Assembly: GCA_963771355.1 (NCBI GenBank)
Contig: CAVYTA010000005.1
Location: forward strand, 944,121 to 1,008,120
Origin: an uncultured Candidatus Rokubacteria bacterium
GTDB lineage: Bacteria > Methylomirabilota > Methylomirabilia > Rokubacteriales > CSP1-6
Reading direction: 5' to 3'
DNA: 64,000 bases
Made by a program: the position numbers and the translations under genes. Below are positions 1 to 14,566 of the stretch, piece by piece. Positions within the stretch are counted from its first letter, which is position 1, and every line of letters begins with the position of its first letter. The notes beneath the pieces are model-generated. The model made no database searches. It worked only from the letters and a program-made list of their open reading frames with translations, and was not told the DNA's origin.

Positions 1-414
1 GGGCCGCCAGCCGGTGGTGCGCAGCCGGCGCGTCGCCACCGCCATGGTCGAGGTGAGGTTGAGCATGTCGATGGCCCCGCGCCCCCACACCACGCCGTCC
101 ACCAGCTCGGCGGCGAAGGGATCGCGCTTCCAGCCCGACGGGCTCACCGGGACCACGTCGGTATGCCCCATGAGGAGCAGGGTGGCGGCCTTGGGGTCAC
201 TGCCCTGGATGCGCGTGATGAGGCTCATGCGCCCCGGGGAGGATGTGTAGCGCTCGCAGGACAGCCCCGACCCCGCGAAGTAGCTCTCCAGCGCATCGCA
301 GCTCCGCGACTCGCCCCCCGACGATTCCTCGCCGGTATTCACGCAGGCGTTGCGGATCAGCGTGCGGAGCAGCTCGGTGGACTCGGTCTCGATGGTGGCT
401 TCGGTGGTGGGCAT
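1..414 (-). CDS. M20/M25/M40 family metallopeptidase (5' part; runs off window edge)
   Basis: Own translation from ATG at 414: MPTTEATIETESTELLRTLIRNACVN...LLLMGHTDVVP...W..DPF...VWGRGAIDM (HxDVV and GRGxxD M20 motifs); not in ORF track. Confidence 0.9.
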   Translation of the reverse strand, partial: MPTTEATIETESTELLRTLIRNACVNTGEESSGGESRSCDALESYFAGSGLSCERYTSSPGRMSLITRIQGSDPKAATLLLMGHTDVVPVSPSGWKRDPFAAELVDGVVWGRGAIDMLNLTSTMAVATRRLRTTGWRP

Positions 415-415
415 G

Positions 416-1369
416 CTAGGTCCTCCGGGGGCTGGCGTCGACGGCGGGGCGGATCTCGCGGGCGAAGCGTTCGAAGATCGCCACCATGTCGTCGAGGTCG
501 CGGTAGCGGGCTTCCAGGAGGAAGGAGCCGACCCCGAGCTCCCGGTAGCGTCGGATGTCGGCGACGATCTGGTCGGGCGTGCCCTGCAGCGGCTTGCGGT
601 CGGCGCCGCCGGGCGTGTCGCGGAAGGAGAGCCCCACGCGGAGTGTGATGGCGAGGTCCGCGAATTCCCGGTTGCGCTTCGCGCACTCCTCGCGGAGCCG
701 CGCGATGTCGCGCTCGAAGGCATCCGGCGGCGTGAACGCGGCGTGCCAGCCGTCCCCCAGCTCGGCCACCCGGCGGAGCGCGCGTGGGGTATGGCCGCCC
801 ACCCAGATGGGGATGGCCTTGCGCGGCGGCGGGGGCACCACGCCGATCTCGTCGAAGGAGAAGAATTCCCCCTGATAGCGCGCGCGCTCTTCCGACCAGC
901 AGGCGCGCATGATGCGGATGGCCTCGTCGGACCAGGCGCCCCGCCGGTCGTAGTTGCCGCCGAGGATCTCGATCTCCTCCCGCATCCAGCCCACCCCCAC
1001 CCCGAGGATGACCCGGCCCTCGGCCAGGTGGTCGAGCGTGGCCAGCATCTTCGCGGCGAGCACGGGATGCCGGTGCGGGAGCACCAGGACGGTGGTGCCG
1101 AGCTGCGCGCGCTCGGTCACGCCGGCCACCAGCGCCAGGGTGGTCAGCGGCTCGAGGAACGCGGCGGTCGGCGGCAGGGGGAACTGGCCGCTGGGATTGT
1201 AGGGATACTTCGACTTGATGGTGTAGGGGAGCACCACGTGATCGCTGGCCCAGAGCGACTCGTAGCCCAGCGCTTCCATCTTCCGCGCGAAGGCCAGGAC
1301 ATTGCCGCGGGTGGCGATGGGGCCGAATACCGGCAGGTGGCAGCCGAAGGTCAGCGGGGCGGCGGGCAT
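416..1369 (-). CDS. LLM-class (probably F420-dependent) oxidoreductase
   Basis: GYESLWASDHVV, LGTTVLVLPHRHPVLAAKMLATLDHLAEGRVILGVGVGW, IPIWVGG motifs. Confidence 0.9.
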   Translation of the reverse strand: MPAAPLTFGCHLPVFGPIATRGNVLAFARKMEALGYESLWASDHVVLPYTIKSKYPYNPSGQFPLPPTAAFLEPLTTLALVAGVTERAQLGTTVLVLPHRHPVLAAKMLATLDHLAEGRVILGVGVGWMREEIEILGGNYDRRGAWSDEAIRIMRACWSEERARYQGEFFSFDEIGVVPPPPRKAIPIWVGGHTPRALRRVAELGDGWHAAFTPPDAFERDIARLREECAKRNREFADLAITLRVGLSFRDTPGGADRKPLQGTPDQIVADIRRYRELGVGSFLLEARYRDLDDMVAIFERFAREIRPAVDASPRRT

Positions 1370-1375
1370 GGGAGA

Positions 1376-2968
<1,593 letters not shown>

Positions 2969-3062
2969 GCCGGGTATCCGGGGGACGGTCCCGCTGGGTT
3001 TCGCGTCGCGGCGATCATGGGAGGCGGCCCATTCTAGCGGATCGCGGCGGCCCCGGAAAGCG

Positions 3063-3764
3063 TCACCGTTCGATGACGATGTGGTCGAAGGTCTCCGCGT
3101 ACGCATAACCTTTCGGCTTGCCCAGCTCGGCGTTCCGCTCGCGTACGCGCTTCTCGACGGCGGCGAAGTCCTTGAACTGGCTCGCGTGACAGGCCAGCGC
3201 CTTGAGCTTGAGATCCATGGTCTCGGTGATGTCCACCACGATCTCGGGCGTGTCCCACCACATGAGATAGACCTCCTTCACCTTGTGGGGCTCGAGGCCC
3301 TGGGCGAGGAGCTCGGGGAAGGCCATGTGGTCGCGGGCGAGGGGATAGACGCAGTCCAGCGCGATCCCGGCGGCGGCGCGATGGTCGCGGTGAGAGGCGC
3401 CGAGATTCTTGGTGCGGTGGGGATTCTGGACGATGAGGAGATCGGGCCGATGCCGGCGGATCTGGGCGGTAACCGCCATGCGGCTCGCGCGCGTGTTCTC
3501 GAGCTCGCAGTCGGGAAAGCCGAGGAACTCCACGGTCTCCACCCCGAGGACCCGCGCGGCATTCTGCTGCTCCTCCTCGCGGATCTCCGCGAGGCGCTCG
3601 GGGGTCATGGTGCGGTCGCCGGAGCCCTTGTTGCCGTTGGTGACGATGCAGTAGGTGACGTGCTTGCCCTCCCGGACCAGCCGGGCCACCGTCCCGCCCG
3701 CGCCGAACTCGGAATCGTCCGGATGGGCGGTCACCACCATCACGCGCTGGATACGCTCGGTCAT
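3063..3764 (-). CDS. PIG-L/LmbE family deacetylase
   Basis: AHPDDSEFGAGGT, HRDHR, KALACHASQ; SD AAGGAG upstream. Confidence 0.9.
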   Translation of the reverse strand: MTERIQRVMVVTAHPDDSEFGAGGTVARLVREGKHVTYCIVTNGNKGSGDRTMTPERLAEIREEEQQNAARVLGVETVEFLGFPDCELENTRASRMAVTAQIRRHRPDLLIVQNPHRTKNLGASHRDHRAAAGIALDCVYPLARDHMAFPELLAQGLEPHKVKEVYLMWWDTPEIVVDITETMDLKLKALACHASQFKDFAAVEKRVRERNAELGKPKGYAYAETFDHIVIER

Positions 3765-3797
3765 GGATTCTCCTTTCCCCGCCTTATAATGCGGGCC

Positions 3798-4001
3798 GTG
3801 GCGAAGAAATCAAGCAGTCTCTTGCTGCTCGCCGTCCTCGTGGTCTTCGCCATCATCGGAGCCCTGCCCGGCGAGGTGGCGCAGATCCGGGTCGGCCCGC
3901 TCTCGCTGCTCTGGTGGTGGGGCGGCGTGCTCGGACCGCTGGTCGCCGTGCTGGCGGCTCTGGTCCCGGCGGGCACGCGCGACGAGCCCAGCGCCGAATG
4001 A
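3798..4001 (+). CDS. Small two-TM membrane protein, possible solute:sodium symporter small subunit
   Basis: Hydrophobic ORF (VAKKSSSLLLLAVLVVFAIIG...GPLSLLWWWGGVLGP); TATAAT at 3785-3790; ATGA overlap with next gene. Confidence 0.55.
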   Translation: MAKKSSSLLLLAVLVVFAIIGALPGEVAQIRVGPLSLLWWWGGVLGPLVAVLAALVPAGTRDEPSAE

Positions 4002-5491
4002 CCGGTGCCGGCGGGATCCTCGCCGTCTGGCTCTCGCCCGCGGTCTGGCTCACTCTGCCCGCACTGTTCCTTGCGCACGGCGCGGGCGCGCTGTGGCCCG
4101 GTCTGCTTCTGGTGGCGGCCCCGCTACTCGCGCTCGCGGTTCGGCGCGCTCCATCGGACCCGCGGCAGCGCGCGCCGGTGCCGCTGATCCACATCGTCAT
4201 TCTCTTTCTTGCCGTGGGCGTGCTCATCTGGGCGGGACTCATCATGGCGGGCGACGTGGCGCTGCGGCTCGGGGGCCCGCGCTGGCACGGTATCGCCCTG
4301 GCCGCCTGCGGCGGGCTCCTCCTCACCGCCTGGCGGGGAGCCGGCCGCGCGCTCCCGGCGCTGCTGCTGATCGCGGCCCTCGGCCTGGGCCTGCCGCTGG
4401 TGCTGCTGGCGCGCGTTGCCGGCGTGGGCCCGCTGGATGCCTGGCGGGTGGTGGCCACCCGCCCGGCCTTCACCTTTCCCCCCGGGAGCCCGTGGGTGGC
4501 GGAGGGCCGCGATCTCCGTTTCGCCCAGGGTCACCGGGCCCTGCACTTCCAGGAGGAGCACCGGCTCACCGCGGCGGGCGAGGCGGCGCTGCGCCTCGGC
4601 ACCCGCGACGGGCGGCAGACGACGGAGCGCGCGATCTCGCTGGCCGCGGGCCAGTCCCTGACGGTGCGTCCCGGCGACCGGCTCGAGGCCACGCCCGGCG
4701 CGCGCCTGCGCTTCGAGACGGGCCGTCGCGTGCCCGGCGCTCCCGACACGGGCGTGGCCTGGGCCGCCGGCGCGGCGGGCGGCACGCGCGCCGGATTCCT
4801 CCAGCGCCTGGGGCTGGCGGTCACCGTGCTGGGCGGTGGCATCGCGCTGCTCGGGCCCCCGCTCGTCGGGCGTCCCTCGCGCCGCGCGCTCGCGGTGGTG
4901 GGGGTGGCGCTGGTCGGCGTGCTCTGGCTCGCGCAGGGCTGGGCGGTGTACACGGCGCTGCGCGCACCGGAAGTGTTCCTCGGCGGCATCTCGCCGGAAT
5001 GGCTGCTCGACGTGCCGGCGCTCGTGCTCACCAGCCGGACCAGCGCGTGGCGGGCGCAGACGATGCTCGTCATCGCGGTGGCGGCGGGCTTTCTCGCGTC
5101 CACGGTGGCGCTGCGCGCGCGGCTGTCGGCCGCGGACACCACCGGCGGCGGCGAGATCGGCAGCGATCTCGGCCTCTGGAGCATGGTCTTCGGCGTGGCC
5201 GCGCTGGCGAGCCTCTGGGCGGTGGATCCGTGGCGGCTCGCGCTGGCGGCGCTCGGCGCGGCGGCGGCGGTGCTGGTGCCGGCCGCCCTGCTTCCCGGCG
5301 CGGCCTCGCGGCCGGTGGTGGCGACGGCGGCGGGCCTCGCGGGTCTCACCGTGTTCGCGCTGCTCCTGCTCGCCGGCCGCCTGGGGGGCGGAGGCTCGTG
5401 GCTGGACCCGGTATACGAGCAGCCCGCGCTGGCCGCCGTGCCCGCCGGCATTGTCGTGCTGTGGCTCGGCGCGCGGCGCGCGGGCGCCTGA
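3998..5491 (+). CDS. Polytopic membrane protein, divergent solute:sodium symporter-like, with a soluble insert
   Basis: About 12 hydrophobic segments interrupted by a ~100-aa hydrophilic stretch; paired with a small membrane gene; family assignment is inference. Confidence 0.55.
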   Translation: MTGAGGILAVWLSPAVWLTLPALFLAHGAGALWPGLLLVAAPLLALAVRRAPSDPRQRAPVPLIHIVILFLAVGVLIWAGLIMAGDVALRLGGPRWHGIALAACGGLLLTAWRGAGRALPALLLIAALGLGLPLVLLARVAGVGPLDAWRVVATRPAFTFPPGSPWVAEGRDLRFAQGHRALHFQEEHRLTAAGEAALRLGTRDGRQTTERAISLAAGQSLTVRPGDRLEATPGARLRFETGRRVPGAPDTGVAWAAGAAGGTRAGFLQRLGLAVTVLGGGIALLGPPLVGRPSRRALAVVGVALVGVLWLAQGWAVYTALRAPEVFLGGISPEWLLDVPALVLTSRTSAWRAQTMLVIAVAAGFLASTVALRARLSAADTTGGGEIGSDLGLWSMVFGVAALASLWAVDPWRLALAALGAAAAVLVPAALLPGAASRPVVATAAGLAGLTVFALLLLAGRLGGGGSWLDPVYEQPALAAVPAGIVVLWLGARRAGA

Positions 5492-5495
5492 TCCG

Positions 5496-6695
5496 ATGGC
5501 CGCCGCGCCGGACGACAAGGGGGCGCTGTACACGCGCGCCCTCCTGGCCGCGATCGCGATCACCATCGCCATCCACGTGGCGACCTATTTGCTCCAGGCC
5601 GTGCTGCCCTTTCACGCGACCGCGCTGGGCGCGACCGGCACCCAGGTGGGCTTTCTCTTCTCGATGAACGCGGGAGTGGCCATGTTCCTCCGTCCCGCGG
5701 TCGGAGGCTGGGTGGACCGCTACGGGGTGCGCGTGGTGCTCGTGCCGGGCGTGCTGGTGCTCGCCCTCACCTCGCTGGCCTTTCACGCGGCGGCGTCGCC
5801 GGTCGCGCTCATCGCGCTGATGGCCGGCATCGGGCTGTCCAACGGGCTGGTCTCCACCGCGGCGGGCGTGCTGGCGGCGCAGGCGACGGTGCCGGCGCGC
5901 CGCGGGGAGGCCCTCGGTGTCTACTACGTGGCGACGTCGCTGGCGGTGACGATGGCGGCGCCGGGCGGCATCGCGCTCTACCGCTGGGGCGGCATACGGC
6001 CCGCCTACGTGGTGGTCACCGTGCTGGCCGTCACCATCGCGGCGCTCACGTTCCTCATGACGCCGGCGGGCCCGTCCGGCCCGCCCGCCGCCTCGGCACG
6101 GTTCCGGTTCTGGAGCCGGCACGCGCTGGGGCCGGCCGCGGTGATGGTGCTGGTGACCCTGGGCTGGAGCTCGATCGTCGGGTTCGTGCCCCTGCATGCC
6201 GTGCGCCACGGCCTCGACGCCGTGCTGCCATGGTTCTTCGGCATCTACTCGGGCTGGCTGCTGCTCTGCCGGGTCCTCCTGCGCGGCCTCTCCGATCAGA
6301 TCGGGCGCGCGCGCGTGCTCGTGCCCGCCATGGCCGCCTCCGCGCTGGGCTTCCTGCTCCTGGCCCTGACGCCGCCCAGCGCGATGGTGCTGCTCGTCGC
6401 GGCCTTTCTCCTCGGCACCGGCGCCTCGCTGACGTATCCGACCATGGTGGCGCTGCTGGTGGACCGCACCCCGGACCGCGAGCGCGGGCTCGCCATGGGC
6501 ACGCTGTCCGCCTCCTGGGATGTGGGCGTCGTGGTGGGCTCGGCACTGGTGGGCGCCGTCATCGAGCGCGCCTCCTTCGGCACGGGCTTCGGCGTGGGCG
6601 CGGCGGGCGCCTGCGCGGCGGTGGCCCTCTTTCTCGCGTTGGAGCGTCGCCTCGATCGGGCGCCCGCTTACTCTCGGCCAGCGGCCGGGGTATGA
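5496..6695 (+). CDS. MFS transporter
   Basis: GGWVDRYGVR and GLSDQIGRAR MFS motif A copies; 12 TM pattern. Confidence 0.9.
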   Translation: MAAAPDDKGALYTRALLAAIAITIAIHVATYLLQAVLPFHATALGATGTQVGFLFSMNAGVAMFLRPAVGGWVDRYGVRVVLVPGVLVLALTSLAFHAAASPVALIALMAGIGLSNGLVSTAAGVLAAQATVPARRGEALGVYYVATSLAVTMAAPGGIALYRWGGIRPAYVVVTVLAVTIAALTFLMTPAGPSGPPAASARFRFWSRHALGPAAVMVLVTLGWSSIVGFVPLHAVRHGLDAVLPWFFGIYSGWLLLCRVLLRGLSDQIGRARVLVPAMAASALGFLLLALTPPSAMVLLVAAFLLGTGASLTYPTMVALLVDRTPDRERGLAMGTLSASWDVGVVVGSALVGAVIERASFGTGFGVGAAGACAAVALFLALERRLDRAPAYSRPAAGV

Positions 6696-6704
6696 TCGGG
6701 GATC

Positions 6705-9478
<2,774 letters not shown>

Positions 9479-9482
<4 letters not shown>

Positions 9483-10906
9483 GGCGCACCAAGATCGTCT
9501 GCACCATCGGACCGGCTTCCTCGAGCCGCGAGATGCTGGACCGGCTCGTGGCCGCCGGGATGGACGTGGCCCGGCTCAACTTCTCGCACGGCACCCACGA
9601 GGAGCACGCGGAGGTGATGCGGTCCATCCGCGAGGGCGAGGCCACCTGGGGCCACCCCGTCACCATCGTGCAGGACCTCCAGGGCCCGAAGGTGCGGCTC
9701 GGCCGCTTCGTGGGCGGGCAGGCGCTCCTGCTCAACGGCGAGACCTTCACGCTGTCGGCCAAGAACATCATGGGTACCGACACGCGGGCCACGCTGTCGC
9801 ATCCCGAGTTCCTCCCCGTGCTCAAGAAGGGCGATCAGGTGTGGATGGACGACGGGATGATCCAGCTCGTGGTGGAGTCGGCGTCCGCGGAGGAGGCGGT
9901 GTGCCGGGTGACGGCGGGTGGGGTGGTGTCCGATCACAAGGGCATCTCGCTACCGCGCATTCCGGTGCCGGTGGCCTCGCTCACCGAGAAGGACCGCGAG
10001 GACCTGCGCTTCGGCATCGCCCAGGGCGTGGACTACGTGGCGGTGTCCTTCGTGCGCAACGTCGCCGACATCCAGGAGGTGCGGAAGTTCATCCACGCCC
10101 AGGGGGCGGATCTTCCCATCATCGCCAAGCTCGAGCGCGCCGAGGTGATGGGCAACCTGCCCGGCATCCTCCCGCTGGTGGACGCGGTGATGGTGGCGCG
10201 CGGCGACCTCGGCGTGGAGGTACCGCTGGAGGACGTGCCGGTGATCCAGAAGGAGATCATCCGGCAGGCGCGGCTGGCCAAGGTGCCGGTGATCGTCGCC
10301 ACCCAGATGCTCGAGTCCATGGTGCGCCACATCCGCCCCACGCGCGCCGAGGTGACCGACGTGGCCACCGCCATCTTCGACGGTGCCGACGCCACCATGC
10401 TCTCGGCGGAGACGGCGACCGGGCGTTTCCCCGCGGAGACGGTGCGGGTGATGGCGCGCATCGCGGAGCGCGCGGAACAGGCGTTGTCCAAGAACCCCGC
10501 GGACCAGCGCCGCGGGGAGCGCGGGGAGGCCTACGGCTTCCCGGAGGCCACCTCGCAGGCGGCCTGCCACGCCGCGCGGGTGCTGCACGCCAAGGCCATC
10601 GTGGCCTTCACCCAGTCGGGGTTCACCGCGCGTCTCATCTCGGAGGAGCGGCCGGACGTGCCCATCCTCGCGCTGACGCCCTTCCCCGAGGTGCAGCGGC
10701 GGCTCGGCCTCTACTGGGGAGTCGTCTCGCGCCTGATCCGGAAGGTGGAGACCACCGACGAGATGGTCGACGAGATCGAGTCCACCCTGCTGTCCGACGG
10801 GACCGTGCGCAACAACGACGTGCTCGTCATCATCTCGGGCGCGCCGATGTGGGTGACCGGGACCACCAATCTGCTGAAGTTCCACCGCGTCGGCGAGCGC
10901 CGCTAG
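9479..10906 (+). CDS. pyk: Pyruvate kinase
   Basis: [54 protein letters not shown]. Confidence 0.98.
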
Positions 10907-11031
10907 TGCCGGGCCAATTGACTTCGCCATACTTCGTTCTCGGTCGGCGCCGCCCCTCGACGTACAACCACGTACGCCTCGGGCCGTCGCCTCCCTCGGG
11001 CCTCGTCTGGCTCGCCACTTGGCCCGGCACT
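10905..11031. repeat. MITE/REP-like intergenic element with terminal inverted repeats
   Basis: AGTGCCGGGCCAA (10905-10917) is the exact reverse complement of TTGGCCCGGCACT (11019-11031); internal CGTAC-AACCAC-GTACG dyad. Confidence 0.7.
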
Positions 11032-11048
11032 GTTCCAGGGAGACCGTG

Positions 11049-11837
11049 ATGGCCTACCAGACGCTCGGATACGAGGTGAAGGACGCGATCGCCACCCTCA
11101 CCCTCAACCGTCCCGACGCCTACAACGCGCTCAACCTCACCCTCGGGCGGGATCTCTTCCACGCCACGCTGGAGGCGGACGAGGATCCCGGGGTCCGGTG
11201 CATCGTGGTGACGGGGGCGGGGAAGGCCTTCTGCGCGGGCGGCGACGTCAAGGACTTCGCGGAGGCGGGCGACCGCGTGGGGGTGGTGATCAAGGAGCTG
11301 ACGACCTATCTCCACGGCGCGGTGTCGCGCCTGGCGCGGACCGCCAAGCCGGTGATCATGGGCATCAATGGCATCGCCGCCGGCGGCGGGATGAGCTTCG
11401 CCCTCGCCGGTGATCTCGTGGTGGCGGCGGAGTCGGCGAAGTTCACCATGGCGTATTCTCGGATTGCGGCCTCCCCCGACGGCTCCTCGTCGTATTTCCT
11501 GCCGCGCCTGATCGGGCTGCGCCGGGCGCTGGAGCTGCACTACACCAACCGTGTCCTCACCGCCCGCGAGGCACTGGACTGGGGGCTGGTGAATCGCGTG
11601 CATCCGGACGCGGAGTTTCCGGGCGCCCTGGCCGGGCTGGCCCGCGAGCTGGCGGCGGGGCCCACCCTGGCCTTCGGCCGCGCCAAGCAGCTCTTCCACC
11701 AGTCCACGCAGGAAAGCCTGGAGACCCAGATGGAGCTCGAGGCGCAGGCCATCGCCGCCAGCGGCCATACCGCGGACTTCCAGGCGGGCGTGAAAGCCTT
11801 CGCCGCCAAGCAGCCGGTCAGCTTCCGGGGACGCTGA
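11049..11837 (+). CDS. Enoyl-CoA hydratase/isomerase (PaaG-like)
   Basis: LNRPDAYNAL, GKAFCAGGDV, GIAAGGG, ALDWGLVNRV, DFQAGVKAF. Confidence 0.93.
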   Translation: MAYQTLGYEVKDAIATLTLNRPDAYNALNLTLGRDLFHATLEADEDPGVRCIVVTGAGKAFCAGGDVKDFAEAGDRVGVVIKELTTYLHGAVSRLARTAKPVIMGINGIAAGGGMSFALAGDLVVAAESAKFTMAYSRIAASPDGSSSYFLPRLIGLRRALELHYTNRVLTAREALDWGLVNRVHPDAEFPGALAGLARELAAGPTLAFGRAKQLFHQSTQESLETQMELEAQAIAASGHTADFQAGVKAFAAKQPVSFRGR

Positions 11838-11841
11838 CCGC

Positions 11842-12435
11842 TTGGCCTCGGGAAGCTGGGAAGACGTGGCGCGCGGCTATCGGCGCTACCGGCAGCTGCC
11901 GGTGTGGGCGGGGCAGAAGGCGATGCCGAATAATCAAGGACTTCTGTCGCGTGAGCTGATCCGGGACATGAAGGCGCGCGGCGCCAAGGCGGCCGCGGAC
12001 GTGGAGGCCGCGCTGGCGCGCCTGGTCGGTGAGGCCGCGCTACCAGAGACCCCCCGCACGCTCGAGCAGCGTCACGTGGACGGCCTCGCCGCGAAGCGGC
12101 GGCTGGGACGGGAGACGCTCGAGGCCCTCTGGGAGGCCATCGTGTTCGACCGGGGCGGCTACACCTGCGCCTACTGCGGCCGGACGCCGGAGAGCGTCTC
12201 CCACGCGGAGGGCCGGCGGCGCGGGCTGCTCCTGGTGGTGGACCACTTCAGCGCCCGCTCGACGCTGGCCGAGCGGCACCGCCTCGACAATAGCGTCACG
12301 TCCTGCGCGTCCTGCCGTGCGGTGAAGGCCGACCTGCCGCGCGATCCCTTCCTCGACGAGCTGCGCTCGCAGGCGAGCGCGGTGGCGGCGCGGCACGCGC
12401 GCTCGGAAGGCGCGCGCGGGGAGGCCGCCGGCTGA
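11842..12435 (+). CDS. HNH-fold (Zn-binding) protein
   Basis: CAYCG...VVDHF...DNSVTSCASCRAVK; start codon (TTG) uncertain. Confidence 0.7.
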   Translation: MASGSWEDVARGYRRYRQLPVWAGQKAMPNNQGLLSRELIRDMKARGAKAAADVEAALARLVGEAALPETPRTLEQRHVDGLAAKRRLGRETLEALWEAIVFDRGGYTCAYCGRTPESVSHAEGRRRGLLLVVDHFSARSTLAERHRLDNSVTSCASCRAVKADLPRDPFLDELRSQASAVAARHARSEGARGEAAG

Positions 12436-13804
12436 TGAAGCGCGGCCGCGCGGCGCAGGCCGCGCTCCTGCTCTCCCCCTTCCTGATTTCCCTCCTGCTG
12501 TTCCCGCCCGCCCCGTTTTCGGCTGGTCGCTCTCCGTCGGCTCCACCACCGGCAATCGTGTGGCCGCCGGGCGCGGCAGCTTTCCGCGCTTTCACGCGTT
12601 CGGCATCGCGACCGAGGTGCCGATGCGCTGGGTGGTCCTGCTGGACCCGACGCGGCTCGCCACCGTGGATCGCGAGGGCACGATGTGGATCCTCGACGCC
12701 TCCCGCAGCGGACTCGGCGTGGCGGCGCGCTACGGCGAGGTGGTGAACCCGGAGGCGCCGCCCGCGGTGGTGGCGCTGGACGAAGACCAGGTGGGCCTGG
12801 CCCTGATCGGCCGCGACGGCCGCCTCATGCTCTGGAGCGATGAGGCCCTGCGGAGCTACGACGTGGGGGCGCCGCTCTCTCAGCTCGCCGTTCCCACCCC
12901 GGTGCGGCTGACCGGCCAGCACTGGGATGATCTGCTCGCGGTGGCGGCGGACGGCGCGGTGGTGCTCATCGGCGGCCTGCCCTCGGGGCCCCGCATCGTG
13001 TCGCGGGTCGAGGTCCGGGCCTTGCCGGACGCGCGCATCACGCTGGCCGACCTCGACGGCGACGGCATGCCGGAGGCGGTGATCCTGACCGACCCCACGG
13101 AGCGGTACTCGCAGGGCTTGCTGGGGGACCGCGCCGAGGCGGCGAGCGTCACCGTGATCGGCGTCACGCCCTTCGGCCTGTCGCTGCGGGGGCGGCACGC
13201 GCTGCCCACCGCCGTCTTCGAGGATCTCGTTCCCGTGCTCGCGCCGCTCGGTCCGGGGAGCCGCCCCGCGGTGCTGATGGCGCGGAGCACGGCCCAGCAG
13301 GGAACGGTGGTCAGCGCGCTGGGCTGGCGGGACGGGGCACTGGTGGCCCTGGCCGAGAGTCCGCCCGCGGACCAGGCCGATCGCTGGATCCACGTGGTGG
13401 GGGTGGCCGATCTGTCGCGTGACGGCTCACCCGAGGTGGTGGCGGTGCGCACTCCCCATCTGGGCGGCGTGCTGACCGCCTATCGCCGCAAGGGGGCCGC
13501 GCTCAACGTGGCCGCCCAGGTGGTCGGCTTCGCCTCCCACACCGCGGGCTCGCGCAACGCGGACCAGGCCCTCATCGCGGACCTCGACGGGAACGGACGG
13601 CTGGAGGTGATCGTGTCCCGCCCGTCGCGGGAGACCCTGGTGGGGCTGGAGCGCAACGGCTCCCGCTTCGTGGAGCGGTGGAACATCCACCTCCGCGCCG
13701 CCATCGAGTCCAACCTGCTCGCCGCCGACGTGGACGGCGACGGGCTGCTCGATCTGGTGGTCGCGGATCGGCGGGCGCTCTACGTGTTCTTCAGCGTAAG
13801 ATAG
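12435..13804 (+). CDS. Secreted FG-GAP/VCBS-repeat beta-propeller protein (one frameshift near 12503)
   Basis: Signal peptide MKRGRAAQAALLLSPFLISLLLF in one frame joins PARPVFGWSLSVGSTTGNRVAAGRG... in the next frame if one C is added to the CCC run at 12503-12505; repeats DLDGDGMPE, DLSRDGSPE, DLDGNGRLE, DVDGDGLLD. Confidence 0.8.
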
Positions 13805-13809
13805 CGGGC

Positions 13810-14550
13810 ATGCGCCCCCGACTCTTCTATCGCCCCGGCTGAAGCAGCTGCGCCAAGACGAAGGAGCTCCTCACGTCTTGGGGGGTCGAGTTCGACCCGG
13901 TGAACGTCGAAGGAAATCCCGCCGGCCTGGAGGAGCTGCATGCGGCCGGCGTGCCGCTCGTTCCCGCGGTGGTGGTGGATGGGCGCGCCGTGCACGGCTG
14001 GAATCCGCCCGGCTATGCCGCGCTGCTCGGCGTCGAGTATCACCCGGCGGTGCAGCTCTCGCCCCGTACGCTGGCCACGCGCCTCGACCACATCCTCGCC
14101 TGCACCGGGCGGCTGGTAGCGGCGTTGCCGGCCACCGCGCTCGCCTACAAGCCGCCGGAGCGCGACCGCGACCTGCGCAATCTCGGCTTCCACGTGTTCC
14201 GCCTGGCGCTGGCCTTCGCCGACGGCATGGACCGGGGCGAGTTCCCCGAAGGTTGGCTGCAGGAAAAGGCGCCCGCCGACCTGGTCGACGGACCGTCCAT
14301 CGCGCGCTACGGCGCGCTGGTGCGCGGCCGCCTGGCCGGCTGGTTCGAGGGGGCGGGGGATGGGGAGTTTGCCCGCACCATCGCGGTCTACTACGGGCCG
14401 CAGTCCGGGCATGATCTCCTCGAGCGCACGACCTGGCATGCCGCCCAGCATCTCCGCCAGCTCCATGTGATGACGGAGGGGCTGGGCCTGCGACCGCCGG
14501 ACCCGCTGCCCGACTTCACCGGCCTGCCCTTGCCCGCGAGTCTCTGGTGA
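13810..14550 (+). CDS. Glutaredoxin(UxxC)-DinB fusion, predicted selenoprotein
   Basis: ATG 13810 reads MRPRLFYRPG-TGA(13840-42)-SSCAKTKELL in frame with the 13900 ORF; Grx cis-Pro (LVPAV); DinB His motifs (GFHVF, WHAAQHLRQL); hairpin CCAAGACG..CGTCTTGG starts 10 nt after the UGA. Confidence 0.85.
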
Positions 14551-14566
14551 GGGGAGGAGGCGTCCG

